Assembly: GCA_049472315.1 (NCBI GenBank)
Contig: JBLIRN010000001.1
Location: forward strand, 32,001-96,000
Length of the DNA: 64,000 bases
From: a bacterium
Lineage (GTDB): Bacteria > SZUA-182 > DTGQ01 > JAFGSM01
Direction: 5' to 3'
Shown here: piece after piece, positions 11,701 to 20,811 of the stretch
How the letters are laid out: each line of letters starts with the position of its first letter
Position numbering within the stretch: the stretch's first letter is position 1
Notes under the pieces: model-generated
Databases searched by the model: none
What the model was told of the DNA's origin: nothing
Seen by the model: only the letters and a program-made list of their open reading frames with translations
Translations under genes and position numbers: made by a program

Positions 11701-14700
11701 AGCTCCAGGGCCTGGCGGTAGCAGGAGATGGCCTCGTTCCAATCGGGCCTGGGCTGGTTGTGCAGGCAGTATGCCAATTGGTACAGGGTCAGGGCGCGAT
11801 CGGTGTATTCCTCTGGTGCGGTGAAGAGTTCGAGTGCCCGGTGGTAGTGGGAGATGGCCTGATGCCAATCGGGCTTCGGTTGGTTGTGCAGGCAAAAGGC
11901 GAGTTGATAGTAGGTTTGTGCCCGATCCGCCCGTTCCTCGGGCGCAGTGAAGAGATCCAGTGTCTTGCGGTAACGGGAGATGGCCTGGTACCATTCAGGC
12001 ACCGGCTGGTTGTGCAGGCAATATGCCAATTGATAGAGGGCTTGTGCGCGGTCCGCCTGTTCATCCGGTTCGGTCAATAGCTCGAACGACTTTTCGTAGC
12101 AAGTGATGGCCCCTGCCCAGTCGGGCTGGAGTTGGCTATGGAGACAATAGGCAAGGCTGTAAAATATCTCCGCTCGTTCCTTGCGCTGCTTGGGGTCGGT
12201 CAACAGCTCCAAGGCGCCCTGGTAGCAGGTGATGGCCCCCGCCCAGTCGGGTTCGGGCTGATTATGGAGACAGTGGGCGAGTTGATGGAGGGCCTGGGCC
12301 CGATCGGTACGCTGGTGAAGACCGGTAAGGATTTTCAGCGCCTCCCGGTACAGGGCGATGGCCCCGGTCCAGTCAGGAGACGGTTGGGTATGGAGGCAGA
12401 GTGCGCATTGACATAGTGTCAGGGCATGGTCTTCCTCCAGTCCCAGTGCCTCTTGATAATTCAATGCCTCCCGGTAGTGGGTAACGGATTCCGCCCAATC
12501 GGGAGTGGGTTGATTGCAAAGACAGTATGCCAAAAGGTAGAGGATGAGTGCTCGATCGCCGTGATCTTCCGGGCTTGTGAGGAGCTTCAACGCCGCCCGG
12601 TAGGTGGAAATTGCCTCGTGCCAATCCGGATCGGGCTGCTGCTGACACAACCAGGCATACTGAACCATATGATCCAGAAGCTCGCGGGTGGTACCGTGCT
12701 CCTTGATGAGTTTGACAGACTCCCGGGACGCCTTGAACGCCTCCGTCCATTCAGGCTTCGGCTGCGTGTAGAGGCAAAAGGCCAGTTGGAAGAGTGTGCG
12801 GGCCCGGTCCGCCTGTTGTTCCGGATTACTCTGGAGTTTCAATGCCTCCCGGTAGCAGACGATCGCCTCGGCCCAATCGGGGTTTGACTGCATGCGGAGG
12901 CAATATGCCAGGAGGCAGAGACTCTCGATCTCCTTGGCGGTGTTTTTGAGCTTGCGGTATGTCCCGAGTGCATGACGCGCATGGTGGATGGCCTCCGAGA
13001 TCTCAATTTCCCCCAGGTTTGTCTTGGCCAGGGCCAGTGTCTTGTTCAGGTGTCCTACGTCTGAGTCGGCGCCGAGGAATTCGCAGGCGCTTTTTGCCTC
13101 ATGAAGAAACGACACGGCCTTTTTGATGTTCGGGGGGACGATATTGAGAAAAAGGTTGCCGAGGATTGCCTTTGCATACGCAGCATCCAGCGTCACCTTC
13201 TCCAGTTGCCCGGACTTTTCGATGGCGCGCCACAGGAGGTTGATGGTGTTTTCGCACCATTTTCCGGTCAATCGATTCGTGGCCAGTGCGATCTCGAAGA
13301 GGGCCTTTATCTCCTGTTCCCCGGAGGCGTACTCGAGCGCCCTTTCAGCGCACGGGACCGCAATCTCCTTTTGGTCGCATGCCTGGGCACATTCCGACAG
13401 GGAAAGCCAGAATGCGCACAGATGCTCGGGGGTTCCTTCTTCCCTTATGTGGCTCCAGTCCTCGAGGAAATCCTGGATTCCTTCCCATATTTCCTGTTTA
13501 AATGAGGAGGAAAGATTTCCCTGCGTGCGGATCTCCTCCCCCAACGGTCCGTACATGAAGACCCTTTTCTGATCTTCAGGGTCGTCAAGGAGTGCCAATG
13601 TCCTACGCAACGATTCAATGGTGGCGCCTGCAAGTTCCTCCCCGAATTGTTCGACCTTGGCGAGCACATATCGTAAAAGCTCCCAGGACGGACCCTTGAG
13701 GAAATCGGTAATGACGAGCGCCTTCAAGCCCGGGATGGTACGGGGAAGAACCGATTCTACCACCTCCTCAACGCCGATTGGTTCCTTCCGTATAAGGGAG
13801 GCATACCGTTCGGTTCCCTTGCCTGCGCGATTGGTGAGGAGGTCCCACATCTGGCAGAGATACCTGACCGGGACCAGGCCCATTGAAATGATCGCCTCAT
13901 TGATCTCGTCGATCCGACCCTCCTCGCCTCTGGCAACGAGTACCGGGCGAAGAACGGCATCGGTGAAAAACCGCACATCCTCCTCTCCCACCAGATCGCA
14001 GGCATTTCTTACTATTCCCCTTTTTTCCCATGGGTTTTCGCCCTTCGGGCAGATCTCATCGAATTCGGCGCACCGGGCTGCGCCCCATACCCTCCACTGG
14101 CGGGGGGAGCGCAGAAGTTCCTTGCATATGGCAAAGATCCCCGGCTCATGTACATCATCGATTACGATGATGGGCTGCGTCTCCTTCCCGATCACTCCCG
14201 CATGCTCGAGGCGCTGTAGGAGCCTTGACACGGCCCCTTCCACATCATCGATGGACATGCCCTTGCTGGTCTGCAGACGCACAATGGGCACTGCGCTCCC
14301 AAATCGTTTATGCGCCTCCAGAGAGATGAAGGTGAGGAGGCTCGTTTTTCCGCAAAACGGGGCACCGGTGAACAGGAGATCCCCTTTTGATGAAAGCCAT
14401 TCATCCAGGTGATTCACGATCTTGGGCAGGGGGATGAAGTGTCTTTGGATGTGCTCGGCTGTCCTGAGTTCGTGGAAGCAGGGTGATTTTTCTTCAGCGG
14501 GCACCTCTTCGGCATTCTCACGGGTGATGATGTGGAAGTCGATGTCTTCCTTCGGCAGGAACAGGTCCCTGATCCGTGTCGGATCTCCCTCCAGGGCGTC
14601 CTCGCGAAGCACAAACTGATCGATATGGTACATGACCTCGTAGGATTTTTGAACCAACCGCGGAGGCCGGGAGGGAAGCAACGGGATCGTATCCATTCGT

Positions 14701-15806
14701 GTTCGTTCCAGGCCACTGTGAATCGCATACATTGACGAACGAGTCCCTGCGTCCTCCGGCATCCCTGCGCCGATGCTGAGGGTGTCTCGAAGGTCGCGCA
14801 GCCATGCGACGTTCTTCAGCCGGTGTCGCCCCTGCTCGTCGACCTCTTCCTCCTTGGACCGGCACGGCACCCATGAACCATCCCCTGCTGGATCATATTC
14901 CCGGAGCCATATTATGCCCGTTCCCTCCTCCAGATTCAGCCGGACGACATTGTACCCCGATTTTTTGGGTGGATGGTGATAGCAGGTGCCCGCTGCGATG
15001 CGGGTGTGTTCGTTGCGCGGTGTCACCCAGCGCGTATGATCGTGGCCGTGGAGCAGGAATTTGAACTCCGACTCCAATCGTTGCAGGAAAAAGGGGCTCT
15101 CCTTCTTGGTAAACCAATCAACCGGATGGTGCATCAAGGCAATGGAAAAGTTGGCCTTGGGAAGCGTCGAGCGGAAGAAGTCCAGTTGCCGGTCGCCATC
15201 CAGCCAGAGCTTCCCCTTTTCTCTCTTTCCCTTGCCCGAGGAAGACCATGCGGAATTGAATCCGGCGATGGCGATCTTCACACCGTTGAATTCCCTGATG
15301 TCGGAGTAGATAACCCGGGATGGATCGTCAATGAGGTGGTCATAGCCGTATGCCTTGAGGAAGTCACGGTATTCGCGCAATTTTGTCACATATGAGCGCC
15401 AAAGGCTGTTGGGGTCGTGGATCATGTCGGTCAGTTTTCGAAGGTCTGCCTTTTCTCGAAGCCATAGGATGAGGGACTTGCTGTCCACCGTGAGGTTCAC
15501 ATCGTGATTCCCGGGGATGATGAAGATATTTCTCTTGGGAACACATTCCCCGAACGCAGTGCGGATGGTTTCCATGAATGCGGCAGCCTCCGCATACTGC
15601 TCAGGCATCGACCTCCCTTCCCCGACGGCAGGATTGCCGAATATGGCATCCCCGGTAAAGAATATCATGTCAGGGGCTATCTCATGTTCCCTCTTCAAGC
15701 GGTTAAGATCGTCGATCAACTTCTCCGTAACTTCATGGTAATCGCATTCATGTGCCGGATGGCAGACATGCAAATCAGAGATATGAAGCCACGTAATGGA
15801 AGTCAT
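8742..15806 (-). CDS. NLR/Avs-like protein: calcineurin-like metallophosphoesterase + STAND-like P-loop NTPase + long TPR-like array (~2354 aa)
   Basis: MPE motifs HISDLH, FTGD, PGNHD, HHP, HGHDH; Walker A GAPFCGKT; Walker B IIVIDDVH; 29 repeats of 42 aa; ATG 15806 chosen for GGAGG RBS (ORF track starts at TTG 15815). Confidence 0.88.
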   Translation of the reverse strand: MTSITWLHISDLHVCHPAHECDYHEVTEKLIDDLNRLKREHEIAPDMIFFTGDAIFGNPAVGEGRSMPEQYAEAAAFMETIRTAFGECVPKRNIFIIPGNHDVNLTVDSKSLILWLREKADLRKLTDMIHDPNSLWRSYVTKLREYRDFLKAYGYDHLIDDPSRVIYSDIREFNGVKIAIAGFNSAWSSSGKGKREKGKLWLDGDRQLDFFRSTLPKANFSIALMHHPVDWFTKKESPFFLQRLESEFKFLLHGHDHTRWVTPRNEHTRIAAGTCYHHPPKKSGYNVVRLNLEEGTGIIWLREYDPAGDGSWVPCRSKEEEVDEQGRHRLKNVAWLRDLRDTLSIGAGMPEDAGTRSSMYAIHSGLERTRMDTIPLLPSRPPRLVQKSYEVMYHIDQFVLREDALEGDPTRIRDLFLPKEDIDFHIITRENAEEVPAEEKSPCFHELRTAEHIQRHFIPLPKIVNHLDEWLSSKGDLLFTGAPFCGKTSLLTFISLEAHKRFGSAVPIVRLQTSKGMSIDDVEGAVSRLLQRLEHAGVIGKETQPIIVIDDVHEPGIFAICKELLRSPRQWRVWGAARCAEFDEICPKGENPWEKRGIVRNACDLVGEEDVRFFTDAVLRPVLVARGEEGRIDEINEAIISMGLVPVRYLCQMWDLLTNRAGKGTERYASLIRKEPIGVEEVVESVLPRTIPGLKALVITDFLKGPSWELLRYVLAKVEQFGEELAGATIESLRRTLALLDDPEDQKRVFMYGPLGEEIRTQGNLSSSFKQEIWEGIQDFLEDWSHIREEGTPEHLCAFWLSLSECAQACDQKEIAVPCAERALEYASGEQEIKALFEIALATNRLTGKWCENTINLLWRAIEKSGQLEKVTLDAAYAKAILGNLFLNIVPPNIKKAVSFLHEAKSACEFLGADSDVGHLNKTLALAKTNLGEIEISEAIHHARHALGTYRKLKNTAKEIESLCLLAYCLRMQSNPDWAEAIVCYREALKLQSNPEQQADRARTLFQLAFCLYTQPKPEWTEAFKASRESVKLIKEHGTTRELLDHMVQYAWLCQQQPDPDWHEAISTYRAALKLLTSPEDHGDRALILYLLAYCLCNQPTPDWAESVTHYREALNYQEALGLEEDHALTLCQCALCLHTQPSPDWTGAIALYREALKILTGLHQRTDRAQALHQLAHCLHNQPEPDWAGAITCYQGALELLTDPKQRKERAEIFYSLAYCLHSQLQPDWAGAITCYEKSFELLTEPDEQADRAQALYQLAYCLHNQPVPEWYQAISRYRKTLDLFTAPEERADRAQTYYQLAFCLHNQPKPDWHQAISHYHRALELFTAPEEYTDRALTLYQLAYCLHNQPRPDWNEAISCYRQALELFTITGEYAERAQTLCQLAYCLHNQPKPDWNEAISHYHEALTYFIDPEHGLERALILCQLAYCLFNQPQPEWGEAIASYREALDHLIGPEHQTERTQSLYRLAYCLYNQPEPDWVEAVRYYREALDILTGPEHQAERAQALHRLAYCLYNQPEPDWAGAITASLETIAIMKARADTQGFLDALIQYAWICHNQEYPDWPEAIETYREALEILDDPKYLEKRAHTIYQLGLCLYRQTEPEWPEAIACFMKVLELQTENPELPHRGLTLYQMGFCFHNQEEPDWSRAITCYRKALELLKEPGQSHDRARALVQLATCFHTKPNPDWEEAIACYREALELLTDPEQIDERARTLVQLATCLHDKLQPDLPLAITSYEQALDLQAGPDKRNDRAITLVHLASCLHTQPQPDLARAADCYRAALEILMEPEQQLERARAYYWMAYCLHNLPDPDWLELIHASRESVEIFKGLDRPHELLDALIQHAWLCYNQPDPAWGEAIESFRHIIALQREPHQESDRARSLYLLAYCLHNQPDPEWAEAIQLYREAMDLQQGEKHRSDLAISIYQLAYCLHNKPDPDWAEAIRLYQEAMDLVKDQGEKADQGLILFWLASCLHNKPEPDWAGALKASRESVAIFKGLNETGDLLDSLMQYAWLCHNQPEPDWDKAIEHYQEALTFQTNPDQKAERALTLFQLGLCSHYKPAPDWDQAIHYYEQALNLQTPEELSADRARTLCSLAFCCQNKPEPDWRKAVQHYQEAIEFLPVSEQRAERARVLYQLANCLSRQPEPDWDNAGRYAREALDLSRIPGERTQTPLPSSQLASIFEEMSSPDLDTAVNFRRETVEATKNVNSIFELIVAVDRKGEFAEGDYWAQKVQGTRLIDIDEPDRDALEDQRTAFLELRRDSLEGVLTIADRLRNGPQHSRALSLAAIAHFAREENAAAYQDIVNAQASREDLSWLRKIAEGYFRRYRRDKLGGFLQMVEEASQSRP
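9250..12930 (-). repeat. intragenic tandem array of 29 x 126-nt (42-aa) TPR-like repeats, consensus ~RAxxLYQLAYCLHNQPEPDWxEAIxxYRxALxLLTxPExxxx
   Basis: Counted 29 copies of the CLHNQPxPDW-type motif at 42-aa spacing plus one degenerate copy; boundaries approximate. Confidence 0.9.
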
Positions 15807-16078
15807 TGTTCTCAACCCTCCGACTTTCTACGGTGTCCCTTGCCAATGCGCATCCCCATGATCATCAAGACCGGTCAATCCCTGATGAGCCCTCATTATG
15901 TACGAGAATCATGTGCATTTATATACCACCCCCCTTTGCAAGGTCAAGGGATTATCTAAATTGCAGGTTGCTAAAGAGAAAAGGATCGCCGATTCCGGAG
16001 GGAAAAAGTGTTGCTTCCGATGCCGTGAAAATGGTTGGATGCAATGTCAAAATGAGAATTGCCGGTTTGAGGTGGATT

Positions 16079-17587
16079 CTACTGACAGGTCTCCAAGATC
16101 CCTCTGAGGTAGTTTTCCGTAACCTTCGGCATGGAGGTGAAATGGACCAGAAATGTCCCCTCCCCCTGGCCCACCACCTTTGCGTAGAGGTCGATGGGTA
16201 TGTCTTCATCGTTTTGGCCGACCAGCAGAAATTTTACATCGCTGAGCTCGTCCACCTTTGTCTGGGACTTGACCAAGGCCTTGGTTGGGGAAAGCCTCAG
16301 GATGCTTCCCGTGTATGCTGAACTGTCAGCCACCTTGCCCTTGACCAGGACGAATTTAACAGGGATCTCCTTCTGGAGCATCAGGAGCTCTTCGGTGAAG
16401 CACTCGGGAAGGTAGAGGGCATAGTCGCCCCCCAATCCGAGCACCTCGAATACGGTGATGGGCTCGTCGATCCCCTTCGTCTCCACCTCCATCTGCCTGC
16501 CCAGTTTGAGGATATCCCCGATATCGTACCTGGTGCTTTCAGAGATCAGGATCTGCCCGCCGATGGTAAGGGATTCTATGCGAGATGCGAGGTTCACATT
16601 CCTTCCCACCACCCCGTATTTTACCCGTTTTACCGAGCCGATGTTCCCGACGATGACCTCCCCGGTGTTGATGCCGATCCCCATATTCAGCCTGGGCAGC
16701 CCTTCATTCCTGTTTCGCTCGTTTACCTCATCCATGGCAAGTTGCATCTCGACGGCGCACGCCACCGCACTGGCCGCATCATCATCCATGGTGGTGGGCG
16801 CCCCGAAGACAGAGAGGATGGCGTCACCGATAAACTCCACAATGGTGCCGTGGTACTTGAAGATGATGGTGGTCATGGTCTCCAGGTAGTTGTTGATGGT
16901 GGTCATGACCTGTTCCGGCTGTAATTTCTCACTAATGGAGGTGAATCCCCGCAGATCGGACATCATGATGGTCACCTTCCGCTTTTCTCCTCCCAGGTGG
17001 AGTCCTTCGGGGGTTTCCAGCAACTGGTTCACCACCTCGTCCGAGAGATACCGTCCGAAGGTCTTCATGATGAAACGATTGCGGAGCTCCAGCCTGCGCT
17101 GGCTCTCCACCAATGCCCGGTATGCCTCGTTGCGCTGCAGGAGGTTGATATAGCTTTTGGAATGGTGACGGATGCGGGCGACCAGCTCCATGGTGTCGGG
17201 GAATTTCACCATAAAGTCATTGGCGCCCGTTTCGAACGCCTTGGCCTTGATTTGCGGGTCCTCCTCGGCGGAGAGCACGATCATGGGCACGTCCCTGGTG
17301 ACCTCGTTTTCCCGCAGCTTCTTGACCATGGTGAGGCCGTCGATTCCGGGCATGACCAGATCCTGGAGGATGACGGTGGGCCTTACCCGCTCGGCGACCG
17401 CTTCCTCCTCCTCGGGATCGGTGCAGTAGTGAAAGGTGATGTCCTTTTCTTCGGAAAGGATTTCACTGATCGCCTCGCACACCGTTGGGGAGTCGTCGAC
17501 CAGAAGGACGGTAATGGTGTATTCGGTGATGGACTCCTCGACGAATGCACCTTTCAGGCTCTCAAACAGCGACTCTCTAAAGCTCAT
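16079..17587 (-). CDS. response-regulator receiver + class III nucleotide cyclase (guanylate-cyclase-like specificity residues)
   Basis: REC: LLVDD, LQDLVMP, SA, K; cyclase: SDLRGFT, EFIGDA, GIGINTG, KYGVVGRNVNLASRIES. Confidence 0.92.
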   Translation of the reverse strand: MSFRESLFESLKGAFVEESITEYTITVLLVDDSPTVCEAISEILSEEKDITFHYCTDPEEEEAVAERVRPTVILQDLVMPGIDGLTMVKKLRENEVTRDVPMIVLSAEEDPQIKAKAFETGANDFMVKFPDTMELVARIRHHSKSYINLLQRNEAYRALVESQRRLELRNRFIMKTFGRYLSDEVVNQLLETPEGLHLGGEKRKVTIMMSDLRGFTSISEKLQPEQVMTTINNYLETMTTIIFKYHGTIVEFIGDAILSVFGAPTTMDDDAASAVACAVEMQLAMDEVNERNRNEGLPRLNMGIGINTGEVIVGNIGSVKRVKYGVVGRNVNLASRIESLTIGGQILISESTRYDIGDILKLGRQMEVETKGIDEPITVFEVLGLGGDYALYLPECFTEELLMLQKEIPVKFVLVKGKVADSSAYTGSILRLSPTKALVKSQTKVDELSDVKFLLVGQNDEDIPIDLYAKVVGQGEGTFLVHFTSMPKVTENYLRGILETCQ

Positions 17588-17769
17588 GGTTTACACAGGT
17601 GTGTGAGGGTTTTAAACCGGAAAAGAGGTGCCGCATACCGTACTATGTGGTTGCTATGTCACCGTACAGGCACCTTCTCAACACGCCGCGACATCCTGTT
17701 TTTTATATCGGCATGCTCATCCAAATCCTGCACGAGGAGATCGGGCATCGACGCCCTTCTGTCAGGGGG

Positions 17770-18093
17770 CTACAGGAGATCCAGCGCCTGCCTGCCGGTC
17801 ATGCCGGTCCGAATCCCGCATCGTTGTGCGGCCTCGTTGACATCCTTGACGATCCCCTCCATCAGGTCGTCGATGGCGGCGATGGTCCCTCCGGTGCTCG
17901 ACCTTACCCTGGCAGCGGGGTAATCAAAACGGTCCAGGGCATGGACATCCACCATGCCGCATCCGACCATGCCGGTATCGGTTGCGACCAGGACAAGGTT
18001 GAAGGGGCCGAAGGGAATCACATAGCCCTCTGCATCTTTATGTGCCAGGGATATCCTGCGGTGCGTCATTGCTGCCTGTTCCTCCTGATCCAT
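17770..18093 (-). CDS. YunC/DUF1805-family protein
   Basis: GMVGCG, AARV, GIRTGMTGRQAL motifs; start reassigned to ATG 18093. Confidence 0.75.
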   Translation of the reverse strand: MDQEEQAAMTHRRISLAHKDAEGYVIPFGPFNLVLVATDTGMVGCGMVDVHALDRFDYPAARVRSSTGGTIAAIDDLMEGIVKDVNEAAQRCGIRTGMTGRQALDLL

Positions 18094-18097
18094 GCGC

Positions 18098-18421
18098 TCA
18101 CCCCTTATCCGGTTGTTCATGTGCATCGAGCAGTGCGAGCCTGATATCGAACAGCTCATCGACCACGTTCCCCATATCCGCAAGCAGATTGCCGATGCTT
18201 CTATGCTCCACGCGTTCCAGATAGTCTCGTATCTCTGCATCACGACGCTCGAGTGCCTCGAAGATCCGTTTCGTCTCCTCATCGTGGCGCTGCCGCATCT
18301 CTTCGACCCTCTTATCAGCCTCCTCGAAAAGGTTGTTGATTTCGTCAAGGCGTTCTTTCATCCCCTTGATCTTTTTGTACATCTCGTCGAATTTCTCGTA
18401 CATTTCCTCCAGCTTGTCCAT
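18098..18421 (-). CDS. coiled-coil hypothetical protein (107 aa)
   Basis: GGAGG RBS, heptad-like charged sequence, tightly coupled to neighbours. Confidence 0.65.
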   Translation of the reverse strand: MDKLEEMYEKFDEMYKKIKGMKERLDEINNLFEEADKRVEEMRQRHDEETKRIFEALERRDAEIRDYLERVEHRSIGNLLADMGNVVDELFDIRLALLDAHEQPDKG

Positions 18422-18450
18422 ACATACCTCCTGCGGAGTTAAAGGAATGG

Positions 18451-19665
18451 TCAGCTCCCGTTAAGCAGTCCCTGTGGGCTCACCCGCTCCTTAATGCCTT
18501 CCGCGATGACCAGGTTTTTCCCGATGCGTTTCCCCTCCTTCAACACGGCCTCGTCACGGGTATGTATCCGCCTGCTGAAGGTTCGGGTAGTGGGGTAGCG
18601 AACGCGGCAGTAGGCTACCAGCAGCGGGTCCTCCCTCCGTATCAGGCCGGGCTTCGTTCGATGCGGACGTTTTAATCCCTTACGGGCTGAAAGGCGGGCG
18701 CGAAATCCCTCCAGGACGCCCACGGCAAAGTCAATGCTCCTTGCATGGTTCACACCCTGTTTTCTCGTATATTCCCTCCACCTGGCGTCAATGAAATGAC
18801 GGACGAAATCGTACACATAGGATGCCATGTGGGTGTTCTTCAACGTTCCGCTGATCTCGAGGGCCCGACCCATTTTCCCCTTTCCCAGCACATAGGCGGG
18901 CACCCAGATCCCATTGACGAAATAGAATTCCTGAAGGATGCGGGCAAGGAGATAATCCGCCCGGCTGTGACGGAGTGCGGGCTCCCCGACAAAGATGCTC
19001 ACGAAATGCCGCGCTCCGTCATGGAGCACATGCCCCAGGTTGTACCGCGCGATGAGCTCATGGGCCTTTGCAAGGGCCGCCTCAGCCTCGTGGGGGTTCC
19101 CGCTTTCGGCAAGGGCCAGGAGTTTTTTCACCTTCACCAGGAACCGGTCTTCCTCGCAGGCCATGGTGCTCAGGACACGCTCGCGCAACGGGGGGTAGTT
19201 CCCGGAGGCCTTCGGATTTGCCCTGAGCAGATGACATGCCTGTTGAAAGCACGGGCCGTGGGGAGGCTCGTTGAATGCGCCGAGCACCTCATCCGCATAT
19301 TGATGGGCCATTTCGTGGTGGAGCACCTCCCGGACCGAATCCCAGGGGTGGTGCAGCACCAGTTTCCTGCTCAGGGAGATCTCACGGCGTTCCCTTGACC
19401 AGTCCCCCCAGGCACCTTCCCTGTCGGTGAGGCTGAACAGGGGCATGCGTATATGATTCCGTTCATGAGGATCAAGAAAGGCGAGGGCGGTGTTCCATTC
19501 GCAGGCGATCCCATGGAGTATTCGTCGCTCCAATTCCCCCCGGATGAGTTTGTGCTGCATGCGTATTTCCATGGGAAATCGATTATACCAGAGTAATGCC
19601 CGCTGGTCTAACAGGGTGCCGCGGTGCAAGGGATTCTCGTTTTGGCATTGTGTCGTAGCAAACAT
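18451..19665 (-). CDS. SprT-like metalloprotease domain + DUF2786 protein
   Basis: HEMAH (HExxH) and PHG; KVKKLLALAESGNPHEAEAALAKAHELI DUF2786 motif; true start may be near 19572. Confidence 0.8.
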   Translation of the reverse strand: MFATTQCQNENPLHRGTLLDQRALLWYNRFPMEIRMQHKLIRGELERRILHGIACEWNTALAFLDPHERNHIRMPLFSLTDREGAWGDWSRERREISLSRKLVLHHPWDSVREVLHHEMAHQYADEVLGAFNEPPHGPCFQQACHLLRANPKASGNYPPLRERVLSTMACEEDRFLVKVKKLLALAESGNPHEAEAALAKAHELIARYNLGHVLHDGARHFVSIFVGEPALRHSRADYLLARILQEFYFVNGIWVPAYVLGKGKMGRALEISGTLKNTHMASYVYDFVRHFIDARWREYTRKQGVNHARSIDFAVGVLEGFRARLSARKGLKRPHRTKPGLIRREDPLLVAYCRVRYPTTRTFSRRIHTRDEAVLKEGKRIGKNLVIAEGIKERVSPQGLLNGS

Positions 19666-19758
19666 GCCTGCTCATATACCCATCGTGGTGATTCAGAATA
19701 AGAACTGCCGCGGCGAATGGTGGTGCGGCATGACGGGTCCGTTGCGGGAACCAGGGTA

Positions 19759-20619
19759 TCAGATCTCGATGGTGAGCCCCTCGTAGGCTGCGGTGCATTG
19801 AATGGAGAGGTTGTGTTGTGCGAACCATGCGCGCACCCCATCCTGTATGGCATCGATCTCCTCATCGGTGCGGTCCGGATCGTGGTGGGTGAGCACCAGG
19901 TGTTTTACCTCCGCTTCGGCAGCCAACTGCCGCACCTGGCTTACCAGGCTGTGCCCCCATCCGTGTTTTTGCGGCATGTCCTTCTCGATGTACTGGGCGT
20001 CGTGGATGAGCAGGTCCGCATGTCTGCAGAAGTGCACGAACCCTTCGAATTCCGTGGTTTTTTTGTGGGGGGGATCGAGTTCGTTGTCGGTGAGGTAGAT
20101 AACGGAGTGACCGTTTTTTTCGATACGGTAGCCATAGCCGCCGCCCGGGTGGTTGGTGGCGATGCGTGAAACCCTGAAGCCATAGTGATCGAGGAACGTG
20201 GAAACATCCTCGTTGATGCACTGATGCACGGACGGCAGGCTCTGCGGCTCCACCGGGAAGTGTGCGCCGTCCATCTGGTTGATAAGCGAGCATATCATGC
20301 TCTTTCCCTCTTCGTTCGACAGGATGTTTACGATTCGGTTTGTTTCGTAGATGGGCCAAAAGAAGGGGAATCCCTGGATATGGTCCCAGTGCCTGTGCGA
20401 CAAGAGGAGGAAGATCTCCTCACTGCCCCCGGCGAGTGCCTTTCCCAGCTCTCGGATGCCGGTCCCCGCATCCAGGACCAAAATTTTATCGGAGGCGGTG
20501 TGGATGCTCACACAGGAGGTATTCCCCCCGTACCGGATGGTATTCCTGCTCGGGCTGGGAATCGAACCCCTCACTCCCCAGAATGTCACTTTCATCAGCG
20601 GATGCATGGTACCCCGCAC
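19759..20619 (-). CDS. MBL-fold metallo-hydrolase (signalling-associated type)
   Basis: FWGVRGSIP, YGGNTSCV, DAGTG, SHRHWDHIQG, HDAQY, GWGHS, HHDP. Confidence 0.88.
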   Translation of the reverse strand: MRGTMHPLMKVTFWGVRGSIPSPSRNTIRYGGNTSCVSIHTASDKILVLDAGTGIRELGKALAGGSEEIFLLLSHRHWDHIQGFPFFWPIYETNRIVNILSNEEGKSMICSLINQMDGAHFPVEPQSLPSVHQCINEDVSTFLDHYGFRVSRIATNHPGGGYGYRIEKNGHSVIYLTDNELDPPHKKTTEFEGFVHFCRHADLLIHDAQYIEKDMPQKHGWGHSLVSQVRQLAAEAEVKHLVLTHHDPDRTDEEIDAIQDGVRAWFAQHNLSIQCTAAYEGLTIEI

Positions 20620-20811
20620 AAAGAAGTAAAAAAATATACAATACTACTATATGTTATCGGCTGAGACGAGCGAGAAGTTTAGGAAACCCTGCAGGGTGCG
20701 CATGGAGCGTTCCAAAAACCGCACAGGAAAACGTCACAAGCACCGCAATTATACGCGGCAGTGCCCTGTTTTTCAATGAAATCGAAAAATCCTTCCCATC
20801 GCGTGGAGCAG

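Noticed and set aside
9250..12930. Repeat array as CRISPR or DGR target
   Set aside because: Repeats are in-frame, degenerate 126-nt coding units without spacers; no cas or RT gene and no template repeat seen
17770..18348. 192-aa version of the YunC ORF
   Set aside because: The extension overlaps the 18098-18421 gene in another frame; family similarity starts near ATG 18093
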